A stretch of DNA of 63,754 nucleotides, counting the filler, from Candidatus Fermentibacterota bacterium (lineage in GTDB: Bacteria > JAFGKV01), in assembly GCA_016928395.1 (NCBI GenBank). It is 6 parts of 6 records of this genome, joined end to end, with 100 filler letters (N's around TTAATTAATTAA, not from the genome) between each part and the next. Parts side by side here need not be neighbours in the genome. Positions count along the whole stretch, not along the records: positions 18,571 to 29,148 come from JAFGKV010000291.1; positions 29,249 to 53,221 come from JAFGKV010000292.1; 4 more parts are not named here. The stretch is one strand, 5' to 3'. Made by a program: the position numbers and the translations under genes. Within the stretch, counting starts at the first letter, position 1; each line of letters opens with the position of its first letter. Positions 18,867-29,306 of the stretch are shown piece by piece. Below the pieces are notes generated by a model. That model was not told where the DNA came from, did no database searches, and worked only from the letters and a program-made list of their open reading frames with translations.

Positions 18867-19109
18867 ATATCATGTGATCCGGGTCCTTGCCGTCTCACGG
18901 GATCTTCACTATGATTCATCGCGACCTCGGCCGCTCGGTCTCGGGAGGCGTATGTGCCCCGGGTGCGTACTCCGTCTGCCGTCGATTCCCAGGAATGACT
19001 TGAGCGAGTGCAGGGCATGTATCTACATTGGGCCGCTGTGACCTGGTTTTCGGATTCCCCACCCACGGGGCCTGCGAGCCTGGTCGGTCTTTCACACCAA
19101 GGAGGGTGT

Positions 19110-22049
19110 ATGCGTCGCGTCTTTGTTGTCACAGCCCTCGCGTTGATTGTTTCGGCCAACATGGTCGCCGCAGCAACCATGTCGGTCGAGGCGGCTCGCA
19201 AGGTGGATCCCAAGCTACTCATGCTTCACAAGGATCCCGCGACCTTCGGCAAGGGTTTCACCAATGCGGCTTTAGGCGCTGCCGTCGATCCCAAGAACGC
19301 AGTGGTCCCCGTGATCGTCAAGACCACCGCTCCGCGCAGCAGGCTTGAGGCCGCAGGTGCCACCGTCGGCTCCGTCCTCGGTGACATCGTGACGGCCCGT
19401 ATCCCGCTGGAGAAGCTGGAGGCCATAGCGCTCTTGGAGGATGTCGAAGCCATTGAGGCATCGTATCGCCTCTACAACTGCATGGATGTCAGCGTGCCTG
19501 AATGCGGGGGAACGGCGGTACGGCAGCAACTGGGGTTCACCGGCAACGGCGTCATCGTCGGCTTGCTGGATACGGGCATCGACCCCTATCATCCCGACTT
19601 CCTCGATGCCAACAACAAGACCCGCGTGCAGTTCATCTGGGATCAGTGGTCATCTGGCACCCCACCCTCTGGCTATACGTACGGCCGCGAATGGACGAAG
19701 GCACAAATCGACGCCGGTAATTGCACCATGAACGATCCGGGAGCACACGGTTCGCACTGCTCGGGTACGGCCGCCGGTGACGGGAGTGCGTCCAACGCGG
19801 GGTATATCGGCATGGCCACCAAAGCCGATATCATGATGGTATCGAACCTTTCGGACGACATCTTCAGTTACGGGTATGCACCTCCGTGGTCACCCACCCC
19901 TAGCACCATGGGCTCGCTGGACGGTCTTGCCTACCTCTACCAGAAGAAGTCGCAACTCAACAAACCCATGGTCATCAGTTGGAGCCAGGGCGTCACCATG
20001 GGACCCCACGATGGCTCGACGCTGTTCGAACAGGGTGTCGATAACTTCATCACGACCCGTAACATCCCGGTCTGCATCGCGGCGGGCAACGATCAAGAAC
20101 AAGACTGGCATGCGCGGGCCCAGGTCACGACGGGCTCGGCGCGAACCGTGTCGTTCACGACCGGCACGCCCGGGCAGGATCAGCTCTCGGGCGATGTGAA
20201 GTTCGAGATCTGGTACAAGCTGGGCGACAAGCTGAACCTGGAGATCATCGACCCCTTCGGCGGCGTCTCCAGTGTGTTCGGCCCTGACGAGACAGGCTGG
20301 CCCGGCTGGATCATGAGCACCGGCGACACGGTCTGGGTGTACTCCACGAGCAATCATCCGGTAAGCCACAAGGGCTATTTTCTGGTTGATCTGTGGGACT
20401 GGAACGACGGCGTGACACAAGGCACCTGGCGCATCCGGCTTTCCGCCGATAACTCCCTGCCCCAAGGCGGCCAGTTCGACGCCTGGTTTGAACGCAATCA
20501 GTACGCCGTTCACTGGCTGGAGAATGTGTCCCTGGAGTCCATCGTTGGTATGCCCGGTTCCGCCAAGCAGGCCATCACCGTCGGCTCCTACAATACCAAG
20601 CTTCAATGGTATGACATCGACGGCACCGGGTGGACCATCAGCGAAACCATGGGCGAAATCTCGGGCTTCAGCAGCAACGGCCCGACTGCCGATGGCCGAC
20701 AGAAGCCGAACCTTTCGGCGCCCGGCCAGATCATCGCCTCGGTAATGTCCAGCGGTTCAGCGCCGGATTACACGCAGAACCAGCGCTACTACGTTGCGCC
20801 GGACGGCGTGCATGTCTACATGCAGGGGACGAGCATGGCCACGCCCCATGTCGCGGGATGCATCGCCACGATGCTGGAGAAGAAACCGACGGCGTCATAC
20901 ACCGAGATCCGTGACATTCTCCAGAACACCGCCCGCCATGACCAGTACACCGGGCAGGGCTGGCAGAAAGATTTCGGCTGGGGCAAACTCGATGCCTACG
21001 CGGCCGTGCAGGCAACCGGCGGCGGCGGCCCCGGCCAGACCGTGGAGCTCATCTATGACGATGGGACACCGACCAGCGGGTACTACTGGCCCGGCGCGGG
21101 GCAAGGTTCCGGTGTTCAAATGACACCGCCACAGTACCCGGCGACCATCAAAAAGCTGAAGTACTACATCAACTCGGTCAGCGGCGGCGCGTCGTTCAGT
21201 GCCCGCACTTATGACACCGTCACCGGAAACCAGATTACCAATGCCCTGACAGTCACGGCACCGGGTACCGGGTGGCTCGAGGTCGACGTGTCAGGCCAGA
21301 ACAAGCAGGTTACCGCCGAGTTCATCGTCTGCATGTTCTACGACGGTGTGAATACGCCGACCTTCGGCTATGATCCCGCGGACAATGGCCGCGCGTGGGA
21401 CTTCGACGGCACAAACTGGGACACGTGGAACGAGACCTACTTTATGCGGACCATCGTGCAGGTCGGCAGCGCCGTCGAGGACGAAATCGAGCTGGCGGGC
21501 CTCTCGGCGAATGCCGTCGAGGGCGCCGTGATGCTGGCCTGGTCGCCCTCGGTCGCCTGGGAGATTTCCGGGTACAATGTGTACCGCAACAAATCGGCCC
21601 AGACCGAGTCATGGAACCAGGTCAACCGTGCCATGCTGACCGAGACCTCGTTCAAGGATGAGACCGTGGAACCGGGCCAGACCTACTTCTACTGGCTGGA
21701 AGCGGTCACGCCTTCGGGCGTCGGCACCCTGTTCGGGCCGGTGGACGTGACCACCCTGGGCGGTCCGACCACCCTGTGGCTCATGCAGCCGAGGCCTACG
21801 CCCACCAACGGTCCGTCGTCACTGCGGTTCTTCCTGCCGACTGCCGGCACGGTGTCGATGGGTCTCTATGACGTCGCCGGGCGTCGCGTGGCCTCCATGA
21901 TGGAGCCCGAGGAGATGGGATCAGGCTGGCGGTCGCTCTCGTGGGCGCCGACAACATCGCTGCCTTCAGGCCGCTACGTCTGCAGGTTGGCGCTGGATGC
22001 CGGAGACCTGCAGCTCAGTGCCACCAAGCCCTTCATCCTGATTCGTTAG
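19110..22049 (+). CDS. Secreted subtilisin-like S8 serine peptidase with Ig/FnIII and FlgD-Ig-like C-terminal domains
   Basis: Signal peptide after a GGAGG RBS; triad GLLDTGID / HGSHCSG / GTSMATPHVAG; oxyanion AAGN; tail PRPTP...GRY..KPFILIR. Confidence 0.93.
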   Translation: MRRVFVVTALALIVSANMVAAATMSVEAARKVDPKLLMLHKDPATFGKGFTNAALGAAVDPKNAVVPVIVKTTAPRSRLEAAGATVGSVLGDIVTARIPLEKLEAIALLEDVEAIEASYRLYNCMDVSVPECGGTAVRQQLGFTGNGVIVGLLDTGIDPYHPDFLDANNKTRVQFIWDQWSSGTPPSGYTYGREWTKAQIDAGNCTMNDPGAHGSHCSGTAAGDGSASNAGYIGMATKADIMMVSNLSDDIFSYGYAPPWSPTPSTMGSLDGLAYLYQKKSQLNKPMVISWSQGVTMGPHDGSTLFEQGVDNFITTRNIPVCIAAGNDQEQDWHARAQVTTGSARTVSFTTGTPGQDQLSGDVKFEIWYKLGDKLNLEIIDPFGGVSSVFGPDETGWPGWIMSTGDTVWVYSTSNHPVSHKGYFLVDLWDWNDGVTQGTWRIRLSADNSLPQGGQFDAWFERNQYAVHWLENVSLESIVGMPGSAKQAITVGSYNTKLQWYDIDGTGWTISETMGEISGFSSNGPTADGRQKPNLSAPGQIIASVMSSGSAPDYTQNQRYYVAPDGVHVYMQGTSMATPHVAGCIATMLEKKPTASYTEIRDILQNTARHDQYTGQGWQKDFGWGKLDAYAAVQATGGGGPGQTVELIYDDGTPTSGYYWPGAGQGSGVQMTPPQYPATIKKLKYYINSVSGGASFSARTYDTVTGNQITNALTVTAPGTGWLEVDVSGQNKQVTAEFIVCMFYDGVNTPTFGYDPADNGRAWDFDGTNWDTWNETYFMRTIVQVGSAVEDEIELAGLSANAVEGAVMLAWSPSVAWEISGYNVYRNKSAQTESWNQVNRAMLTETSFKDETVEPGQTYFYWLEAVTPSGVGTLFGPVDVTTLGGPTTLWLMQPRPTPTNGPSSLRFFLPTAGTVSMGLYDVAGRRVASMMEPEEMGSGWRSLSWAPTTSLPSGRYVCRLALDAGDLQLSATKPFILIR

Positions 22050-22066
22050 CAGTTTTCGGATCGCGT

Positions 22067-22098
22067 ACGAGGGGATGGCCTCCCAGCCATCCCCTCGT
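22067..22098 (+). terminator. Hairpin downstream of the S8 peptidase, probable terminator
   Basis: ACGAGGGGATGGC-N6-GCCATCCCCTCGT, perfect 13-bp stem; no clear U-tract. Confidence 0.6.
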
Positions 22099-22357
22099 CG
22101 TGTGTGCCTCATCCCTTCGTACTCGGGTTCACGGGTACGGTCTGTGCGCGCGACCGCTGTACGAGCGGCTTCCAGTTGTACGAGCGGCTTCAGCCGCGAC
22201 CCTCCCCCGCATCCCTGTCGGGCCTGAAGGCCCTCCTACAGTGCCGGCGGCTTCCCGCGTCGAAGCATCTTGAGGGCAGCCTCTTGACGCACGCACGTCT
22301 TCATTGGTAGTTGCAGACTACCGTTCTGTCATCTCGATACCCAACAGAGGAGTGACA

Positions 22358-22873
22358 ATGCGCCCTGCGATCGTGTCTGTGGCCCTCATGCTCATGCTCG
22401 CCCTACCCGCTCTGGCGGCGGAGAAGGGCCACATCTCCGTGACTGCCACCGCCAGCATCTACGATCCCCCGGGGGATGCGGGGGCATCCCCCATGCTGGG
22501 GCTTCGCGCCAACTATTGGCTGAGTTCAAAGGTCGCCCTTGCGGGGAATGTGTCATGGACGAAGTATGACGACGCCGGCACCAGTATCACGTATGTCCCC
22601 GTCTCCATCGACGGCATTCTCCACCCCCTGGGTTCCGCCAAGTTCGATCCGTATGTCGGCGCAGGTCTGGGCCTGAACTACCGTTCCTGGGCAGATGATT
22701 CGAGGACCGATGCCGGCGTCGAATTCCTGGCAGGCCTCGCCTACCGGCCGGGGGGATCCATGAGCTTCGATTTCGAGGTCAAGCGCCGGATCGAGGATCT
22801 CTCCGACACGAAGGACTCCGGTTCGTGGTCATTCGGCGGCGGTATTACCGGCACGTGGTCGGGGGATCTCTAG
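22358..22873 (+). CDS. Outer-membrane beta-barrel protein (OmpW/OmpA-like, 8-stranded)
   Basis: Signal peptide, alternating amphipathic strands, PYVGAGLG motif; GAGGAG RBS before ATG 22358. Confidence 0.8.
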   Translation: MRPAIVSVALMLMLALPALAAEKGHISVTATASIYDPPGDAGASPMLGLRANYWLSSKVALAGNVSWTKYDDAGTSITYVPVSIDGILHPLGSAKFDPYVGAGLGLNYRSWADDSRTDAGVEFLAGLAYRPGGSMSFDFEVKRRIEDLSDTKDSGSWSFGGGITGTWSGDL

Positions 22874-23097
22874 CACACGCATATCGCCCCGCGTCAAGTA
22901 GTGCCCCGCATTAGGGCTAACCTTCGCGGCTGACACCGCTTCTGCACGCGGGGTAATGCTGTGCACAGGCCATGTAGGAGCGCCGTAAGGCGCGAAGACT
23001 GCCCGGCCGCGAAGGGTCTTCGCGGCCGGGGTCGGGTGTCCTGTTCGCGTTTGATACCGCTCCAACACGCAAGGCGCAGGATCGGAGAGAATGAATC

Positions 23098-23766
23098 ATG
23101 TCTCGTCTTGGCATGATCTTCGGCATGGCCATCGCCGCCCCCGTCGTGCTTGGGTGTCGTGGTGGCATGCCGGTCGACCTGTGTGAAGCCGCGAAGCGCG
23201 GCGATCTGCAGGAAGTACGCCAGCTCGTCGAAAAGGGAGCCCAGGTCAATTCCGGGTGTTCCCGCGAGTGGACGGCGCTGCACTGGGCAACGGATAAGGG
23301 ACATGTGGATGTCGCACGCTTCCTCCTCGAACAGGGCGCCGATTCCCGGGCTCTCACGGTCGGCGGCACCACATCCCTGCATCGCGCGGCCCACAAAAAT
23401 CGCTTAGCCATCGCCCGGCTTCTGCTGGAGCATGGGGCGGATGTCAACGCAGCCGATGACAATGGGTGGCGCCCGCTGCACTGGGCCGTCGGGCGCGGGT
23501 TTTGTGACATCGCAGCCCTGCTTCTCGATCATGGGGCGGACGTCAATGCTCAGAACGGCAAGGGGTTCTCACCCCTCCACCGGGCAGTGATGCGCGGCAG
23601 ACAGGAGGCAACGCGGTTCCTCATCCAGCACGGAGCAGACCTCAACGTCCGAACGGCCGACGGCAAGACGGCCCAAGACCTGGCACGAGAACAGGGCCAG
23701 ACCAAACTCATCGCCATCCTCATCGGCGCTTCCGACACGACAAAGGAGGGACAAGGGGGCTGGTGA
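23098..23766 (+). CDS. Ankyrin-repeat (lipo)protein
   Basis: Repeated TALHWA/TSLHRA/RPLHWA/SPLHRA...LL..GADVNA; possible lipobox VVLGC. Confidence 0.92.
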   Translation: MSRLGMIFGMAIAAPVVLGCRGGMPVDLCEAAKRGDLQEVRQLVEKGAQVNSGCSREWTALHWATDKGHVDVARFLLEQGADSRALTVGGTTSLHRAAHKNRLAIARLLLEHGADVNAADDNGWRPLHWAVGRGFCDIAALLLDHGADVNAQNGKGFSPLHRAVMRGRQEATRFLIQHGADLNVRTADGKTAQDLAREQGQTKLIAILIGASDTTKEGQGGW

Positions 23767-23899
23767 TAGCTGTCTCCCCTTGCAGCAGCGGGCCCTACTG
23801 CTGAGTGCTGCCCCGGCATCCCAACAAGGGGATACCGCTGGATCTAGAGAGAATCACAACCTCGGCGGACTCGCGAGTCGAGGCTCTTCGTTGGGGAGG

Positions 23900-24697
23900 C
23901 TACTTCACGAGCTCTTGCAGCTCCGACTGGTTCTCCCGCGAGAGTTGCCGGGAGAGGAATCTGTCGACGCTGGCCGGATCCGGATTTTGCCGCACAGGTT
24001 CCACGACCTCCTCGTAGCTCTCCGGATCCTCTGCGTCACGGAACACGAGAAGCCCCACGCCGAAACGACCGCAGAGCAGCATGAGTCGATCGAACGCCTC
24101 GTCGCCGTCCGGAAGGCCATCGGGGCATTCATAGACCAGGTAGCTCTTGTGGGCAAACATCGAATGTGAAGCCGTCTCGAACACGGCCTCTATCTCGTAG
24201 GTACCGGCAGGCTTGACCTCGAAGGTAATGACCTCGAGGTAGCGACCGGGCGTGAACGTATAGGTTCGCACCGCCGCCAGCGTGATATCCGGCCTGGTCC
24301 ACTTTCCGCCCGTGCTCCTCTTCCCCTGGTGCGCGGTGATCTGCAGGACGAAGTGCTTGATCGAGTTCTCCCTGACGAAGTTGCTGCCGAGATAGGCGCT
24401 GATGGGAGCATAGAGCTCCTTCTCTCCCGAAGGCTTCCTGCCCTTGCCTTCGGCAGCAGCCACGACCAGCCGAACAGACCCCCCTTTTCCTCGGGCCTTG
24501 GCAAGTTTGCCCTCCTGAATGAGCGCGTTCCGGATCTCCCAGTACACATCTTCCGTGAGGTCGAAGTCATGCTTGTCTTTCAAGGCCTTCCTGAGTTCCC
24601 CCATGAGCTTCTTGTTCCCTTTTGCCTCGCCCGATGTCGGCATCAGCGCGAGAAGCACCTTGGAGAACTTGCGGAACTCGGCGTCGCTGATCGTCAT
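23900..24697 (-). CDS. Putative PD-(D/E)xK nuclease-fold protein with an N-terminal winged-helix-like domain
   Basis: EKELY helix, RPDITL, FEVK; N-terminal GNKKL...YWEIRNALIQEGKLAKARGKGGSV; AGGAGAG RBS before ATG 24697. Confidence 0.6.
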   Translation of the reverse strand: MTISDAEFRKFSKVLLALMPTSGEAKGNKKLMGELRKALKDKHDFDLTEDVYWEIRNALIQEGKLAKARGKGGSVRLVVAAAEGKGRKPSGEKELYAPISAYLGSNFVRENSIKHFVLQITAHQGKRSTGGKWTRPDITLAAVRTYTFTPGRYLEVITFEVKPAGTYEIEAVFETASHSMFAHKSYLVYECPDGLPDGDEAFDRLMLLCGRFGVGLLVFRDAEDPESYEEVVEPVRQNPDPASVDRFLSRQLSRENQSELQELVK

Positions 24698-24875
24698 GGG
24701 GCTCTCTCCTTGCTGAAGACATGCGGCCAACCTGGCTCTGTGGAGCGAGGATCTGTGACAGTTAGAGACGGGGGAGCATCTCTGTCAAGGTCGACCCTGG
24801 TAGCGTGAATGTGATGGCCGGATCGAGTTGGCCCTTGACTGGGCGCGTGCCACGTCCAATACTACACGCGTACAC

Positions 24876-24891
24876 TTCGTTATATGGCGAA
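24876..24891 (+). promoter_or_regulatory. Probable ArsR/SmtB operator
   Basis: TTCG-TTATATGG-CGAA inverted repeat just upstream of the arsR RBS; TTGACT -35-like hexamer at 24835. Confidence 0.5.
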
Positions 24892-24905
24892 ACATAGGAG
24901 ACAAG

Positions 24906-25265
24906 ATGAGGACACTGACCAGTGTGACCAAGGCCCTGGCCGATGAGAATCGCCTTCGCATTCTCAATGCCCTGCGGCACGGCGAGCTGTGCGTCTGCCA
25001 GCTCATCGAGCTGCTGGGTTTGGCGCCGTCCACCGTGTCCAAACACCTGTCGATCCTGCGCCAGGCGGGGCTCGTGGAGTCGCGCAAAGAGGGGCGCTGG
25101 ATGCACTACCGCCTGCCGGACAATGCCGCGTTGGTGGTTCGCGGCGCCTTGGCATGGGTTCTGAGTGCGCTTGCAGGAACTGACACTGCACAGCGCGACG
25201 AGGTTCAGCTCAGCGAGATTCTCAAGGAGGGCAAGGAGGCGCTATGCCAGCGAATGAGCCGTTGA
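24906..25265 (+). CDS. arsR: ArsR/SmtB family metalloregulator
   Basis: KALADENRLRIL, ELCVCQL metal box, STVSKHLSILRQAGLV, RKEGRWMHY. Confidence 0.93.
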   Translation: MRTLTSVTKALADENRLRILNALRHGELCVCQLIELLGLAPSTVSKHLSILRQAGLVESRKEGRWMHYRLPDNAALVVRGALAWVLSALAGTDTAQRDEVQLSEILKEGKEALCQRMSR

Positions 25266-25714
25266 AGATACTGTTCCTCTGTACCGGCAACTCATGCCGG
25301 AGCCAGATGGCCGAGGGGTGGACCCGGCATCTGCACGCGGGACGTATCGAAGCCTATTCCGCGGGCATCGAGGTCAAACCGGTGGACCCCCGCGCCGTGG
25401 CCGTCATGGCCGAGGCGGGAGTGGACATCTCCCACCACCGATCGAAGCATGTGTACGACGTGGTAAGCATCGGGTTCGACGTGGTCATCACCGTGTGCAG
25501 CCACGCCCGGGAAACCTGTCCGCTTTTCCCCGGGAAGGCAATCATCCTTCATCACGAATTTGACGATCCGCCCTACCTGGCCCGTCACGCGGCTTCCGAG
25601 GATGAAGAACTCTCCCACTACCGACGAGTCCGCGACGAAATCCGCGCCTTCGTCGAGGACCTGCCCGAGATGTTTCAGGAGCCATCCGGTAATGCCGCGC
25701 ATCACGCGGCGTAG
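25244..25714 (+). CDS. arsC: Arsenate reductase (LMW-PTP fold)
   Basis: LFLCTGNSCRSQMAEG, VITVC, CPLFPG, FDDP, RRVRDEI. Confidence 0.94.
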   Translation: MPANEPLKILFLCTGNSCRSQMAEGWTRHLHAGRIEAYSAGIEVKPVDPRAVAVMAEAGVDISHHRSKHVYDVVSIGFDVVITVCSHARETCPLFPGKAIILHHEFDDPPYLARHAASEDEELSHYRRVRDEIRAFVEDLPEMFQEPSGNAAHHAA

Positions 25715-25975
25715 GGGCCGGACCCCGTGCCCGCCCGGGGGACGGGAGGGCAGAGTCGCCCTCCCCTACGGCATGCGTGAGAGCGCCCCTTCAGAGGCTT
25801 TGCTGAACCCTGTACCCCCGCACCAGGCTTTCTTCTGGATTCCGGATACTGCCCAGCGTCTCCTCACTCCTCACTCCCAACTCCTCACTTCAACGAGAGC
25901 GAGGCACCCATCCATTCTTCCATTGTTCTATTGTTCCATTCTTCCATTCTTCCATATCTGAACCCTGAGGCCCAG
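25711..25975. repeat. REP-like pair plus heptamer/octamer tracts inside the ars operon
   Basis: GTAGGGGCCGG...GCCCTCCCCTAC; CTCACTC heptamers at ~25860-25890; TCCATTCT/TCTATTGT octamers at ~25910-25955. Confidence 0.8.
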
Positions 25976-25995
25976 CCTACCGCCAGGAGAAGCCC

Positions 25996-27189
25996 ATGAT
26001 CACTGAAGCCTGTGTGACCAAGCAGCCCAAAGGCCTGAGCGTCTTTGAGAAGTACCTGACCGCGTGGGTTCTCTTGTGCATCGCGGCCGGTATCCTTCTG
26101 GGGAAGATCGCTCCCGGCGTCGCCCGATCGCTTGACGACATGGCGATCTTCGTGAATGGCGCCCCCGTGGTGTCCATCCCCATTGCCATCTGCCTGTTCT
26201 TCATGATGTATCCCATTATGGTCAAGATAGACTTCGCGTCAGTCATCAAGGCCGGCAGGAGCGGGAAACCGGTCGGGTTGACCCTGTTCGTGAACTGGGC
26301 CATCAAACCGTTCACCATGTATGCCATTGCCCTGCTGTTCCTGGGCGTGCTGTTCCGGGGCTTCATCGGCGCCGAGGCGACGGACCTGGTGAAGATGCCG
26401 TTCGGCCTGGATCTGGCCGTGGGCACAACGCACGGGGCCGGCACGGTGGTGCTCCACGAGGGCGTCAAGATGCTGCAGGTTCCGCTGTGGCGCAGCTACC
26501 TGGCCGGCTGCATTTTGCTCGGCATCGCGCCCTGCACGGCCATGGTGCTGGTCTGGGGCTACCTGGCGCGGGGCAATGACGGGTTGACGTTGGTCATGGT
26601 GGCCATCAACTCACTGACCATGCTCGTGCTGTACGGCGTGCTGGGCGGTTTCCTGTTGGGCGTCGGCCGGCTGCCCGTCCCCTGGCAAGCATTGGTGCTC
26701 TCCATCGGCATCTATGTCGCACTGCCGCTCGTCGCAGGCTACGTGTCGAGGAAGTGGCTCATCGCCGCCAAAGGCGAAGCGTGGTTCACCGAGAAGTTCC
26801 TCCATGTTCTTACCCCCATCACGATTATCGCCCTACTGACGACGCTGGTGCTGCTCTTCTCATTCAAGGGCGAGGTGATTCTCTCCAATCCGCTGACGAT
26901 CCTGTGGATTGCCATCCCGCTGTTCATACAGACCAACCTGATTTTCTGGTTGGCCTACCTCCTGGCCCGGCGGCTGAAGCTGCGCTACGAGGATGCCGCC
27001 CCTTCCGCCATGATCGGGGCATCAAACCACTTCGAGGTCGCCATCGCCACCGCCACCATGCTGTTTGGTCTCTCTTCAGGCGCGGCTTTGGCCACGGTGG
27101 TCGGCGTGCTCATCGAGGTGCCGGTCATGCTCATGCTGGTCAAGATCTGCCTGCGGACGACCCATTGGTTCGCGCCGAAAGGCGTCTGA
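25996..27189 (+). CDS. acr3: Acr3-family arsenite efflux transporter
   Basis: [57 protein letters not shown]. Confidence 0.96.
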   Translation: MITEACVTKQPKGLSVFEKYLTAWVLLCIAAGILLGKIAPGVARSLDDMAIFVNGAPVVSIPIAICLFFMMYPIMVKIDFASVIKAGRSGKPVGLTLFVNWAIKPFTMYAIALLFLGVLFRGFIGAEATDLVKMPFGLDLAVGTTHGAGTVVLHEGVKMLQVPLWRSYLAGCILLGIAPCTAMVLVWGYLARGNDGLTLVMVAINSLTMLVLYGVLGGFLLGVGRLPVPWQALVLSIGIYVALPLVAGYVSRKWLIAAKGEAWFTEKFLHVLTPITIIALLTTLVLLFSFKGEVILSNPLTILWIAIPLFIQTNLIFWLAYLLARRLKLRYEDAAPSAMIGASNHFEVAIATATMLFGLSSGAALATVVGVLIEVPVMLMLVKICLRTTHWFAPKGV

Positions 27190-27296
27190 TCTCCGGAAAG
27201 CCCATTCACGTACCCGTTCACGTGCACGCTTCCTGGTGCCGATGCTCCGCGTCGGAACCCCCGTGCCGCCGCTCCGCGGTCGAGAGGGGCGCGGAG

Positions 27297-27947
27297 GATG
27301 ATGATTTAACAGGGTCATTTGCAAGCCCTCTTATCAGTTTTCCAACCTCTGGTTTTGTTCAGGCAAGCCTTGTTTTCACGACTCCGGATAATACAGAAAG
27401 ATGCCAGATCGGCGTGGGTGTGAGAACCCCTAACGGCATTGTTTATTTCGATGATGCAGTGCTTTATGAATCTAACTGTGAGGGCTGTGAAGGAGAGGTG
27501 TATTGGGCTGGTTATCTGGGGGATTATCCTGATGGCAGTTGTGACCTTCTCGGACCTGAGATCTACGAGGCTGAGTCATGGGATACTGTATGTCTTGTTG
27601 CCAGAGGCGATAATGAGTATTGCGATGGCCAGACAGTCAACTTTGCGCTGTCAGATTCATCTACTCTTCCTGAAGGCTTTGTGTGGAACCCATTATCAGA
27701 GACAAGTGATGAGATGGAGCAGTTAGATGATAACCTCTGGGTTGCGCATGTGCCTTGGATTTTTGCATATTGTTTGGGCTCGTGCAATCCGCAGACTATG
27801 GTGCTGCAGTGCCCTCCAAGCTTTGGAGTGGACTGCTGCGACCCGATCCATGAATGCATAGAGTTTTGCAATGTGTGCGATGACCCGCATGGCGATTACT
27901 ACAGCTTGTGCCTTGATTATTGTGATGAGACTGCTAAAAAGAGCTGA
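27297..27947 (+). CDS. 3' fragment of a Cys-rich extracellular protein in lower-GC DNA (5' part missing)
   Basis: Open frame begins mid-domain (FTTP...GIVYFDDAVL, carbohydrate-binding-module-like) with many Cys; no start codon; composition differs from the host. Confidence 0.6.
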   Translation, partial: DDDLTGSFASPLISFPTSGFVQASLVFTTPDNTERCQIGVGVRTPNGIVYFDDAVLYESNCEGCEGEVYWAGYLGDYPDGSCDLLGPEIYEAESWDTVCLVARGDNEYCDGQTVNFALSDSSTLPEGFVWNPLSETSDEMEQLDDNLWVAHVPWIFAYCLGSCNPQTMVLQCPPSFGVDCCDPIHECIEFCNVCDDPHGDYYSLCLDYCDETAKKS

Positions 27948-27952
27948 TTGAT

Positions 27953-29148
27953 ATGGACAAGAAACTGAAAACCGGGATTTTGGCTTTGCTTGCTGTGCTT
28001 TGTTTGATGATAGTAGCTTCTTTTGCTTATGCACAGGGTGCTGTTGCTTATTTCGAGGCCACACTAGGCATGGGCGGCTCTTTAGGAGAGTCAGGTCCTC
28101 TCGGCTCTTGCGGTCTGGAGGGAGAGGTTTGTGATGAGACGCTTGCATGCTGTGAAGGCCTTTTCTGCAGTCCAGGCATTGTCTACAGCGCTTTGTATTA
28201 TGACGATGTCGTGAAGCACTGCTGCCCTTCAGGCACTTACTGGGACAATGATGAGAGCGCCTGCGTGCCCTCTCCTGCCTTTTCATGCTCAGACGGCTGG
28301 ACTGAGAATTTCAACTCAGGGATTGATGTGTTTAACGACTGGTTCAGGTATTATGATTCTGTTGACAACTATCAGACTCACACTGTTTACGGGATGCTTT
28401 ACATTGACGGGTTCAAAGAAGGCGACTTTTCTGACTACAACTGGGGAATGGGCGGAGACTATCTCAAGAGCCGATACTATCTCGGAGACGGCAGTGATGA
28501 TGAGGTCTTGGAGTTTGTGTGGAAGATGAGGCTCAACCCAATAGGCTTTGAAGACTTTGGCAAAAGCAACGCGATAATGTACCTCCAGAACGAGGAGGAG
28601 GATTACATCATCAACATCTGGAGGACAGGGCATTTCCCAGGTGATGGACAGCCCCATAACATCGTGATCTTAGAGGGCTACAATACAGGAGTGGGCTGGG
28701 ATGAGCTTTGCGTTGACGGGAACTGCTGTCCCTCATGCATTTTCAGGGACTTGACAATGTACGACACTTACAAGCTTGTGATTGACGTTGCAGAGCAGAA
28801 ATACCAGGTCTATCTCAATGATGTGCTTTTCGACAACTTCAACAACCCAGGCCATCCGACAGTTCATGACTGGCGCTACTACCAAGGCCCTGGAAGATTG
28901 GAGAAGCTCTCTGTTGTCTTCGGAGGAAACACGCTCTTCGAACAGACCCAGAACGTGAGCTTCGATGACTTCAGTGCCAGCGGAGGGACTTGCGCTGACC
29001 TCGACCTCGGACATCGAATCTGCGGAGACGTCAGCGCATCAGGCACAGACCTGCCGTCAGCCTGCGACACAGACCTGACAGACGTTGCTGTTTTCCCGAA
29101 CATGAACTATTACAACTTCTACTGCGTCTATGAAGGAAAGAATTACTC
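27953..29148 (+). CDS. Secreted Cys-rich acidic protein, 3'-truncated, in lower-GC DNA
   Basis: MDKKLK + hydrophobic signal; CC-rich segment followed by a beta-sandwich-like region; runs into the gap. Confidence 0.75.
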
Positions 29149-29248
29149 NNNNNNNNNNNNNNNNNNNNNNNNNNNNNNNNNNNNNNNNNNNNTTAATTAA
29201 TTAANNNNNNNNNNNNNNNNNNNNNNNNNNNNNNNNNNNNNNNNNNNN
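29149..29248. other. Artificial contig-join spacer
   Basis: N run + TTAATTAATTAA + N run. Confidence 0.99.
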
Positions 29249-29306
29249 AACGGCGGTCGAATGCGATCGTACTTGTGAATCCGAGTGCTTAAGCTAGGCA
29301 GCAACT

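Noticed and set aside
26754-27296. 5' part of the 397-aa ORF 26754-27947
   Set aside because: Off-frame shadow of acr3 plus repeat DNA; only the part after ~27297 looks like real coding sequence
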